The notes under the pieces were generated by a model. That model did no database searches. It saw nothing but the letters and a program-made list of their open reading frames with translations, and had not been told where the DNA came from. Shown here one piece after another: positions 11,638 to 23,365 of a stretch of DNA of 64,000 bases (position 1 is its first letter; each line of letters begins with the position of its first letter). The DNA lies in NCBI GenBank assembly GCA_043228905.1, contig JBHGNT010000003.1:20956001-21020000 (forward strand), read 5' to 3'. Both the position numbers and the translations under genes were made by a program. The DNA is from Azolla caroliniana. Its lineage: Eukaryota; Plantae; Polypodiophyta.

Positions 11638-14359
11638 TTACGGAGAATCACTACTATAACTAATATACAATGACAATTCCTCCTCCTCATCCTCGTAGCA
11701 GATCTCGTTTGCCTTTGACTCGAGCCACCTTGTAGACCTGGTAATTTTTCTTTTATTATATTTATTGTTGACTTCCTTAATCGTCCGGCTTTTGTAAGTG
11801 TGAAGTCGTACACGATGATATCCACATCAGAGATATCAAAGGTCGAGGTGTTACGAATGTTTCGCTTCCTCTTCCTACCTCCCCTTCTTGTTGGGCATTC
11901 AATCCTCTCCAATGTATACTTACCTGTAAAAGCATTTGCACTTCTAGTGTTGTACCAATGAACATTTATAGACTTGATCGTGTTTTCTATTTCATGCATT
12001 AGCACTTCTAGAATTTTACCAACCCAAAATTGGTGGCCATGTGAGTTCTCATTAGCCGGCGTTGCAATCAACATCCCCGCGGTGAGCTCTTGCAAATTGC
12101 CTTGCCATCTAGCTTCGGCTGCTTTAGTCATCCTTGGTCCCACATAAATGTCTCTTTGTTGTGGATGGACTAAGCTGTCATTAATCGCATTTGCTAGTTG
12201 CCCCGAAGTTCTATTTACGCGATCATGTTGCAGCGACCATGTGAATGGCGTTTCCAAATTCCAATTATCAACAGATACACAATTGTCTATAATTCCTTTC
12301 TGATCACTATAAAATACATCCCACCATGATGTGTCTTGTTGTGCGGCATATTTCTTGGCAGCCTCAATATGCTTTCTTTTTTCTTCTAAGGCTTGGAGCC
12401 ATGACCGTTTTTGTTCTGATACCAAGTCGATTTGCAACTGTCCTTTCTTCTCAATTGGCATTTGCTTAGCTCCATGGACAATTGTACTCGGCATACAAAG
12501 TAATAACTAGCAACCACCTTTAGCTTCCCATGTTGTAGAAGATGAATATTGTTTAGCATACAAAAGTGTAGAACCACTTATTCCATTTTTCTTTATCATA
12601 AAAATGTGATTGAAACTTATATTGTTTAACTGAGTAAGCACTTTAACATTCCCACCAACCCCATCTGATATATATATCTCTTAAAGTCATATACCTCCTT
12701 TAAGTGTAACACTTTTGGGCGTGGTGTATATGCATCACAAATGACATCAAATAGTTTAGGTAAAGTGAAAGCATCATGCCGAGACAATTGTCTGGAGAAT
12801 GTGCTAAACATCTGATCTATATGGTCATGTGTGTGGCCAACCAAAAGAAAATGGACTTTCACTTTCCTAAACAATTCTTGGTTGACCAACATACTTAGAT
12901 AGCCAAATACAGTTGAATTTTTGTTCTCTCTAGCAGTATTGTCCAATTGAATGTATAGAACAAGGGGGAAAGGTTGGCCCCAAGACATCAAAACTCGGTG
13001 AATGACTGTAACTGTTAGGTTAGGGTCATTGTGAACATTGGGGTATGTAATGAAGACGCGAGGTCGAACAGACCTATTATAAGCCAAGCATCCCACCAAG
13101 TGCATTTGAACAAGTCACTCATCATTGACATCTTTGGGGAGCCTCCGCATATGCGGCAAGCACGTCTTCTTCTGGTCCATGCCATCTATCATTAAGCACA
13201 TGTATTATTCGGGCCTCTTCAAACACTTCTCTCTATGATGCATCGCCTTCTTTCGTTCTAAGGATTGTGCCTCACGATGCTCTTGTAGTAACTTCTTACT
13301 CATATCCTTTTCCATTGATGTCTTTGCACCTTTAGCCAAACTTTTAAGATTTGCACAAATGGAGCAATACCCCATACGTACTTTACGAGGAATGATAACA
13401 TTTGAAAACCGAGTTCTCCATAATCTTGTGAATTGGCTATAGGTGATAGACTTATTACGTGAGCCCAACATATCAGATCGATAGACATCATAAACTTCCC
13501 AACGTGTATAATTATCAGAAAGGTGCATCCTACCTGTAGTGGGCATTACTTCACAATTTAACTAAAAGTAAGTTTTCATCCAACCAATACCATGTCTTCC
13601 AATTGTACCTTTCATACTTAGAACCTCTTTACAATTGAGCATCTGATCCCCGCTAAGTAGACGTTGTTGTACTCTATGTAGCCGCATGTTACTAACACAT
13701 AACACAATTTTGAATGCAACTCTACATATCTGTTGCGCATGGAAGATATAATACTCGAATGATACTTTGATCCCCGTACATTTGTCAGATACTAGTTGCA
13801 TATGTGACCCGAGGTAAGTGTCTTGCTCATCACCGGTCATCGAAAAATAGTATCACCTTAATTCTCGCAACTTTGATTTTCCAATCATAGACATACAACC
13901 ACGGGCACAACATATTTTTTTGACATCAAATCCCATCGGTTTATCTGATGTCACCAAGCTAAATCTAGCCAGACGAATTCTTCGTGGGATTCTTCTAATA
14001 TGCATAGGGCTCCCAGATTTCTCTTCCTGCATAGAGGTTGGTGTAACCTTGTTACAATCTAATTCTTTGTTGTGACCATCGCTAATGTTATTCAATGTTT
14101 CCTTGGCACTACCTTCATTCTCGGTATCTTTATTAATATCGTATTCTTCAATAGAGAACTCTTCACATGTGTCATTATTTAGATTCCCTGTAGATGAGCT
14201 CAGACAATATTCTTCGATAGAATATGGTGAGTCTGTCGACAGACAATATTCTTCAATAAAATATGGTAACTCTGTCGACAAACAATACTCTTCAATAGAA
14301 AACGATGAGTCTGATGACAAACAATATTCTTCAATCGAGAACGATGAATCTTCACTCAT
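11638..14359 (-). pseudogene. Sola-like DDE transposase, copy A (disrupted)
   Basis: Colinear with 23366-26146. In-frame stops at 13853, 13562, 13205 and 12507, a frameshift in the (AT)n near 12670, and a deletion near the C-terminus. Motifs QLDNTARENKN and GHTHDHIDQ retained. Confidence 0.85.
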
Positions 14360-15222
14360 GGCTTAAGGTCTAGATAGGGCTCTATAAGTTATGTGCTTGG
14401 GGTAAGGAAAAAAACTAATAAGCTCCTCTCTAAACATATACTCCTCTCTAAACATATACTCCTCTCTAAACATAAACTTCTCTCTAAACAAAAGCCAAAT
14501 CAATAGAATGTCTATATTATGTAATATTATATTAATACAATACATAAAAAAATTATTTTTAATATAGTAATTGTATTTAAAATATCAATTATTATTTAAA
14601 CTACATCTATATGAAGTTAAATCAAGTATAATATAAATCTAATCATTACCAAGCCATAAACATGTTGGATTAATGTTAAAATCATTGGCTAATTAATTGC
14701 ACCCATATTTGATATAGAACCTCTCACTCATTGGTTCTTTAATGCTCACCATTTTAAATATTAGACTTATCAATCATTGGTTAATTCATGCCCACATCTT
14801 TAATACACAACATTTGAGAGTCATAAAAATTGTTGCTTTTAGTAATCAATCATTGGTACATTCATGAACCTCTATCATTGTCTCCTTCATGACCTTTGAA
14901 GTCATTGCAGGTTGTTATCACTATAAAAGATTGATCAATATGTTAGTTTGACTTTGTAATCATTAATGCAATCATAAGTTACTCTAGTTAATGTCAGTGT
15001 GGTTACCAACTAACTATCCTCAAACTTACCAACCTTGGTTAAGGTGACTATGGTTAGTTTAACCAATGTGGTCAATCCCTATAAATAGGAAGACCTCGTC
15101 ATATTTCACTCACAAGAGCACACAAGAACGTACAGAGCGTACAGAGCACACAGAGCACACAAAGCACACAGAGCACGAAGCACAAAAGTGTGATCTCCGC
15201 CTCCACTGCCACACGATCAACC
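14360..15222. promoter_or_regulatory. Divergent promoter region between transposase and ParB-methyltransferase (copy A)
   Basis: AT-rich with several CATTGG/CCAATG (CCAAT-box-like) motifs. TATAAATA at 15080-15087, ~140 bp upstream of ATG 15223. Mirrored at 22544-23365. Confidence 0.55.
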
Positions 15223-18200
15223 ATGTCTTCAAAGAGAATTGAGTGCGAGGACTCCAGGTTGGCCTCTAACACTGTGGACATTTTTGTAAATATGTTTTGT
15301 CGCTCAAGAACTCGATACGCTGTATCGAGTTCCTGTATACAATACAAACTTTATACAAGAACTCGATACGGCGTATCGAGTTCATATATATATTTTTTGC
15401 TTTTTAAACAGGAACTCGATACGGCGTATCGAGTTCGTGTTTAAAAAGCAAGGAAATCATAGGAACTCGATACGGTGTATTGAGTTCCCGTTTAAAGTTT
15501 AGGGTTTAAACACAATCGAGTTCGTGTTTAAAACCTAGACTTTAAACGGGAACTCGATACGCCGTATCGATTTCCTGTATAAAAGAACGCAACAATTAAT
15601 TATTGTGTGGAAAAGATATCAAATTGTCTGCCAAAATCAGTCTTTTTTATGTTGACTTGCCTTACTTTTAAAAAAAACATGCCCTAATTATAGGTGTTTT
15701 ATGACCTACTATTTGCTTAAAAGAGTAGAAAATAACCCACAAATTACCTTTATGATAGCAAATTCTCCTCAATATAGGTCTAGAATCTATATAAGTCATA
15801 CCTCCTCTTTAAAAGAATATATAACCCATTTTACTTATTACGATATATATTTTCTAGTTTGAATAGCCTTGCCTAGAATGGATTTTTGAATATAGGGCTA
15901 CCATGTACTCTGAATGCATGATTGATATTTTCACTTCACCACTAATCGCCTGCTAGTGAGAACTGTTCTTCATCTTCTTATTTATATTTTAATATACAAC
16001 CTTAATCTACGTGACCACCTAGCTTATGTTTTTGCATGTACTTTCTTAAATAGGTCGTTTGAGAACCTGTCGGACCGACCCGTGAAGAAAATAAAGCTTC
16101 GCATACAGGGTTCTCCAATCGAAGCCCAGACCAAGGTAGCTCTTGAGTCCATGAAGAGAGGAAAAAAGCTTCTCTTCAACGAGGAGACAAAATCTCAGCC
16201 ACACATTGACGTTAGCCAAAAGAAACTTGTCGCCGTTATTGGAGGTGAAGACCTTCCTGACCGTGATCTAACGGACAAGGAATGGTGTATGCAATATGTC
16301 GACTCAAAGAAAAAAGTCGTATTGTATACAACAAAGAAGAAGGGGGAGGGGCAGCTTGGAAAGGAAACCCCATTTATGTATGGCCGTATTCTACGATTTG
16401 ACTACGAAGATGCAGATTCGGCCAACATACTGGTAATAATAGAGTGCTCCAAGGGGGTACGTAAAGTGTTCCTTTCAGAAGATCTTTTAGTCAAGGAATC
16501 TTGTGGGCCAGAAGCGTTAAAAAAAGATCTTGAAAGCTCACAAAACCTTATTGTTACCTTGAGGCCTTATATACAAGGCCATTTAACTCTAAGAGATGAA
16601 GTGCCCTCCCCATTGAAGGCCACAAAAAGGGTATCCAAAGTCCAGTCAAGACCACCAAAGAAGAAGACATCCAAAATGTCGGACACCGATTCAACAAGTG
16701 AAAATGAAGAGGAGGACAATAAGGGGACGCCAGGAGCTGAGCTGGCATCGGGTGTTTTGTCATCCGAGCAGAATAAGATAAGGAGAGAGTTAATGCAGCG
16801 TAAACTGGTCAAGAAAGGGCAAGTGTTTAATTTGCCTATAACACACATCCATCGGCCCCCTATTGATGAAAAAACAGGTCGACGACCACTTGAGATTAGA
16901 GAGCCACACCGCATGCATGTTCAAAATCTCAAGAAAAAAATGAAAATTAATCCTCATGCCACTGTGGTGCCTTTTATTGTTATGGTAGATCCTGAAGAAT
17001 GTGAAACCATTGAAGATTTTGATATTAGAAAGCATGATCAATATAATTACTTTGTCATTGGTGGATCGCATTCAGCGGAGGCACGTCGGCAACTTGTGAG
17101 AGAACCTCCAACGAGTTTCTTCTTCAAGTATGCCAAGTGCAAAATTTATGTTGGGCTCACAACCGAAGAGGCTAAGCTGTTGGCATGGGACCATAATAAT
17201 GATAATGACTATAGGCAGAAAATGTCGTCCATTGAGCGTATACGGTTCTTCCACCACGAGTATTTGGACGTGAAACAAAAGTTTGGTGTGAAGTTACATC
17301 CAGGCCTACGACGTCAATGTCTACATGAAGTCGGCATTGTTGTAGATGATAATGTTAAGTCTGATGGTCTTCAAAAATACGAGTCTTGGTTTCAATTGGC
17401 ATTTAGAGATGGAGAAGTATGGGACCTACAAGATCAAATCTTCTCAATGTGGGAGAATAAGGAGGTAAAGGGTCAATGACAAAAGAAAAGTAAGGTTGAC
17501 CCTCAACTAGAGTTAAAGTCACAAGCCGCCAAGAAAATGGACTTGACAATTGAAGAAGCCGCAGACGACATGAAGTTGTCTCTGTGGAGAGTGATGCAAG
17601 GTATTAAGGACGAGCAGCTTCTTGTGTCTGTTTTGTCAAGGGTTGGGGCGAAAGATTTAAGTCTTGAAGAAATGGTCACTGAGTTGAATAAGTAAGTCTT
17701 TCAAATACTGAAATTGTAGTCTATATGGTGTAATTCAAAGTTCTAATCTTGATTTCTAATTTTACAGTCATAAGGTGTACATGAAGATCCAAGAAGTTAT
17801 GATGAAACAACTTGGATGTATAACTTGGGAACAAGTGACCGAGGATTATCCTCTAACATCTTCATATAAGGCGTTTTCAGAGTATTTTATTGCATTCAAG
17901 GATTGGGTTAGTATTGATGGTTTTTCATTACCCTTTCATTATATGTAGAGCTTGTATAATAATACCCGATGTCCTATTGCTTCTATTAGAAATTGTGTCG
18001 AGGCAAGAAACAAGGAGAAGTTAAGGATATACACGATTTCCCTACATCCTTCCTTGCACATGTCGAGCGAGCCAGAAAAGAAAAGGATCATCGCTTAGTC
18101 AAGGCGTAGGAAATGGAGGAAGATGGCTCCTTTAAAAAATTTAGCCACAAAAAAGATATTACGAGAGATCTTTACTACAATGTGGTTTGCGGTGATGTCC

Positions 18201-18456
18201 TCGACTTGATCCAAAAGGTGCCAAAGAAGGAATATACGCTAATGATTGCAAATATTCCTTACGGATTTCGAATGGCTGGGTCATCATACGACGATGAACC
18301 GTTTAGGTTTAAACAATTGGAGAAGATGATCAAGGATTTTGCTGAGCTAACGACTGCATCCTTGTGGCGAATAATTGTCTTTCATAGTATGGACCAAGGA
18401 TACTCGGTAGCTCAAGCTTTGAGATCTCGTTACCATGGCATCGAGAACCTTGCATG
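15223..18456 (+). pseudogene. ParB-like / amino-DNA-methyltransferase gene, copy A (3'-truncated)
   Basis: GT-AG exons 15223-15257, 16054-17691, 17768-17906 and 17990-18456 join in frame. ParB-like YFVIGGSHSAEAR and MTase VVCGDV...MIANIPYG. Stops at 17477 and 18107. Homology breaks off inside intron 4 at 18516. Confidence 0.85.
15308..15574. repeat. Array of 25-bp palindromes GAACTCGATACG-N-CGTATCGAGTTC in intron 1 (copy A)
   Basis: Units start at 15308, 15359, 15412, 15463 and 15550, with a half unit at ~15515. Confidence 0.93.
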
Positions 18457-18608
18457 GTAAGGATTATTTATAGGTGTCTTTCACTATATTGCATTTCTTA
18501 AGGTTGTTGAATCTATAAAGAATATAATCCACTAGGTAAAACCCAAAATTTGTATTAATAATGTGAAAACCTAACAAATCGTCAGTGTCATTTTCTTCAT
18601 AGAGTCTA

Positions 18609-21600
18609 TTACATAGCAATCAATTCATCAACGTCATTTTCTTCATCATCTTGTGTAGAATTGTCTTCGGCTATACGTGCATTGGTTTCCCCTGTTAGCC
18701 GAGCCAACGAAATATCTTCTATAAGCTCATCATCAAGCTCTATTAGCTCCCCCGGTTCGCCGGCTAATGGAGGAATAGGCTCTCGTGAAGCAGGTTAAAA
18801 CCTTTCTGTATTAGCGAGGTTCTTTGCACCGACCTCTTCATCCTGGTCTGGGCTCTCCCACAAAGCCTTAATCCGCATATTAATAAATATAACCTGGTCC
18901 TCGTCCTTCTCCAATGCAACTGTATTTCTAAAGAGCTTCAATGCACATGCAGACGTCGTTCCTGTGATGTAAGTAACAAGAAGATTTAGTTGTCACACAA
19001 AAAAGATTCGGGATTGGTTATCTCAAGATCGTTACCCTAGTTCGAGGAATACCTGTGCCAGAAAAGAGATCTAATATCCAGTCTCCTTCGACAGAAAACA
19101 TCTCGATCAAGCGCATCATAAGTCGTTGAGGTTTTTGGTATGGGTTGACAAGTCCCCGTTCTATCGTGGTGACATGTCGCAATTTCCGAGTCACTGCTGG
19201 ATTTACCAACAGATTTGAACCTCCCACTTCATTAGAATGCTCTTTGATTCTCTTTTTCTTAATTTCATTGAAGTAGCCAACCGTTATGTATTCAATGGCA
19301 TTAACGAACCGAAAAGTTGGCCCTCTATTTACATTGGTCTTGATCCTATAAAAAATAATTCATCGAGTTAAGAATAGATTCAACAACCTTAAGAAATGCA
19401 ATATAGTGAAAGACACCTATAAATAATCCTTACCATGCAAGGTTCTCGATGCCATGACAACGAGATCTCAAAGCTTGAGCTACCGAGTACCCTTGGTCCA
19501 TACTATGAAAGACAACTATTCGCCACAAGGATGTGGTCGTTAGCTCAGCGAAATCCTTGACCATCTTCTCCAATTGTTTAAACCTAAACGGTTCATCGTC
19601 GTATGATGACCCAACCATTCGAAATCCGTAAGGAATATCCGCAATCATTAGCGTATATTCCTTCTTTGGCACCTTCTGGATCAAGTTGATGACATCACCA
19701 CAAACCACATTGTAGTAAAGATCTCTCGTAATATCTTTTTTGTGGCTAAATTTTTTAAAGGAGCCATCTTCCTCCATTTCCTACGCCTTGACTAAGCGAC
19801 GATCCTTTTCTTTTCTGGCTCGCTCGAGCTGTGCAAGGAAGGATGTAGGGAAATCGTGTATATCCTTAACTTCTCCTTGTTTCTTGCCTCGACACGGTTT
19901 CTAATAGAAGCAATAAGACATCAGGTGTTATTATACAAGCTCTACATATGATGAAAGGGTAATGAGAAAAGATGAATACTAACCCAATCCTTGAATGCAA
20001 TAAAATACTCTGATAACGCCTTATACGAAGACGTTAGAGGATAATCCTCGGTCACTTGTTCCCAAGTTATACATCCAAGTTGTTTCATCATAACTTCTTG
20101 GATCTTCATGTACACCTTATGACTGTAAAATTAGAAATCAAGATTAGAACTTTGAATTACACCATATAAACTACAATTTCAGTATTTGAGGGACTTACTT
20201 ATTGAACTCAGTGACTATTTCTTCAAGGCTTAAATCTTTCGCCACAACCCTTGACAAAACCGACACAAGAAGTTGCTCGTCCTTAATACCTTGCATCGCT
20301 CTCCATAGAGACAGCTTCATGTCATCTGCCGCTTCTTCAATTGTCAAGTCAATTTTCTTGGCGGCTTGTGACTTTAACTCTAGTTGAGGGTCAACCCTAC
20401 ATTTCTTTTGTCGTTGACCCTTTACCTCCTTATTCTCCCACATTGAGAAGATTTGATCTTGTAGGTCCCATACTTCTCCATCTCTAAACGCCAATTGAAA
20501 CCAAGACTCATACTTTCGAAGACCATCGGACCGAACATTATCATCTACCACAATGCCGACTTCATGCAGACATTGACGTCGAAGGCCTGGATGTAACTTC
20601 ACACCAAACTTTTGTTTCACATCTAAATACTCGTGGTGGAAGAACCGTATACGCTCAATGGATGACATTTTCTGCCTATAGTCATTATCATTATTATGGT
20701 CCCATGCCAACAGCTTAACCTCTTCGGTTGTGAGCCCAACATAAATTTTACACTCGGCATACTTGAAGAAGAAAGTGGTTGGATGTTCTCTCACAAGTTG
20801 CCGACGTGCCTTCGCTGAATGCGATCCACCAATGACAAAGTAATTATATTGATCATGCTTTCTAATATCAAAATCTTCAATGGTTTCACATTCTTCAGGA
20901 TCTACCATAACAATAAATGGCACCACAGTGGCATGAGGATTAATTTTCATTTTTTTCTTGAGATTTTGAACATGCATGTAGTGAGGCTCTCTAATCTCAA
21001 GTGGTCTTCGACCTGTTTTTTCATCAATAGGGGGCCGATGGATGTGTGTTATAGGCAAATTAAATACTTGCCCTTTCCTTACCAGCTTCCGTTGCATTAA
21101 CTCTCTCCTTATTTTATTCTGCTCGGATGACAAAACACCCGAGGCCAACTCAGCTCCTGGCGTCCCCTTATTATCCTCCTCTTCGTTTTCACTTGTTGAA
21201 TCCGTATCCGACATTTTCGTTGTCTTCTTCTTTGCTGGTCTTGACTGGACTTTGGATACCTTTTTTGTGGCCTTAAATGGGGAGGGCACTTCATCTCTTA
21301 GAGTTACATGGCCTTGTATATAAGGCCTCAAGGTAACAATAAGGTTTTGTGAGCTATCAAGTGCTTTTTTGAACAGTTCTGGCCCACAAGATTCCTTTAC
21401 TAAAAGGTCTTCTGAAAGGAACACTTTACGTACCCCCTTGGAGCACTCTATCATTACCAGTATGTTGGCCGAATCTGCATCTTCGTAGTCAAATCATAGA
21501 ATACGGCCATACATAAATGGGGTTTCCTTTCCAAGCTACCCCTCACCCTTCTTCTTTGCTGTATACAATATGACTTTTTTCTTTGAGTCGACATATTGCA

Positions 21601-22543
21601 TACACCATTCCTTGTCCGTTAGATCACGGTCAGGAAGGTCTTCACCTCCAGTAGCGGCGACAAGTTTCTTTTGGCTAACATCACTATGTGGCTGAGATTT
21701 TGTCTCTTCGTTAAAGAGAAGCTTTTTTCCTCTCTTCATGGACTCAGGAGCTACCTTGGTCTGGGCTTCGATTGGAGAACCTTGTATGTGAAGCTTTATT
21801 TTCTTCACGGGTCGGTCCGACAGGTTCTCAAACGACCTATTTAAGAAAGTATATGCAAAAACATAAGTTAGGTAGTCACGTAGATTAAGGTTGTATATTA
21901 ACATGAAGAACAGTTCCCAGGAGCAGTCCTATATTCAAAAATCTATTATAGGCAGGGCTATTCAACCTAGAAAATATATATCGTAATAAGTAAAAAGGGT
22001 TATATATTCTTTTAAATAGTAGGTATGACTTATATAGATTCCAAACCTATATTGAGGAGAATTTGCTATCGTAAAGGCAATTTGTGGATCATTTTGTACT
22101 ATTTTAAGCTAAAGTAGGTCATAAAACACCTATAATTAGAGCATGTTTTTTTTTAAAAGTAAGGAAAGTCAACATAAAAAAGACTGATTTTGCCAGACAA
22201 TTTGATATCTTTTCCACCCCATAATTATTTGTTACCCCAAAAACACAATTTTTTTCTCTCAAAGCCTTCTTATATACAGGAACTCGATACGGCGTATCGA
22301 GTTCGTGTTTAAAACCTACACTTTAAACAAGAACTCGATACGCCGTATCGAGTTCCTGTATAAAAAGCAAAATTAAATTATGAACTCGATACGCCGTATC
22401 GAGTTCATGTATAAATATTTGTATTGTATACATGAACTCGATACGGCGTATCGAGTTCTTGAGAAACGAAACATATTTACAAAAATGTCCACAGTGTCAG
22501 AGGCCTACCTGGAGTCCTCGCGCTCGATTCTCTTTGAAGACAT
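18609..22543 (-). pseudogene. ParB-like domain fused to a beta-class N6A/N4C DNA methyltransferase, copy B (full length, ~974 aa, three in-frame stops)
   Basis: Exons 22543-22509, 21836-20199, 20122-19984, 19900-19434, 19345-19053 and 18961-18609 total 2925 nt, all GT-AG. Motif IV ADIPYG, then WIK..., NPYQKP, and motif I WILDLFSGTGTTSACA...RNTVALE. Stops at 21536, 19781 and 18795. Confidence 0.88.
22280..22458. repeat. Array of four perfect 25-bp palindromes in intron 1 (copy B)
   Basis: Units at 22280, 22331, 22382 and 22434 (spacing 51, 51, 52). Confidence 0.94.
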
Positions 22544-23365
22544 GGTTGATCGTGTGGAAGTGGAGGCGGAGATCGCGCTTTCGTGCTTTGTGCTCTATGT
22601 GCTTTGTGTGCTCTGTGTGCTCTCTACGTTTTGTGTGCTCTGTACGCTCTGTACGCTCTGGTGAGTGAAATATGACGAGGTCTTCCTATTTATAGGGATT
22701 GAACACATTGGTTAAAGTAACCATAGTCACCTTAACCAATGTTGGTAACTTTGAGGATAGTTAGTTGGTAACCATAGTCACATTAACTAGAGTAACTTAT
22801 GATTACAAAGTCAAACTAACATATTGATCAATCTTTTATAGTCATAACAACCTACAATGACTTCAAAGGTTATGAAGGAGACAATGATAGAGGTTCATGA
22901 ATGTACCAATGATTGATTACTAAAAGCAACAATTTTTATGACTCTCAAATGTTATGTATTAAAGATGTGGGCATGAATTAACCAATGATTGATAAGTCTA
23001 ATATTTAAAATGGTGAGCATTAAAGAACCAATGAGTGAGACGTTCTATATCAAAATGGGTGCCATTAATTAGCCAATGATTTTAACATTAATCCAACATA
23101 TTCATGGCTTGTTAATGATTAGTTTTATATTTTACTTGATTTAACTTCATATAGATCTAGTTTATATAATAATTGATATTTTAAGTACAATTACTTTATT
23201 AAAAATAATTTTTTGATGTATTGTATTAATAGAATATTACATAATATAGACATTCTATTGATTTGGCTTTTGTTTAGAGAGAAGTTTATGTTTAGAGAGG
23301 AGCTTATTAGTTTTTTTCCTTACCCTAAGCCCATAACTTAGAGAGCCCTATCTAGACCTTAAGCC

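Noticed and set aside
15308-15574. CRISPR array (regularly spaced palindromic repeats, also 22280-22458)
   Set aside because: The linkers are AT-rich, related to each other and extend the palindrome. The array lies in a spliceosomal intron and no cas genes are present.
15223-22543. Bacterial or phage contamination as the source of the ParB-MTase
   Set aside because: The gene has five GT-AG introns, a TATA box and CG/CHG-type decay, and is embedded among plant transposons.
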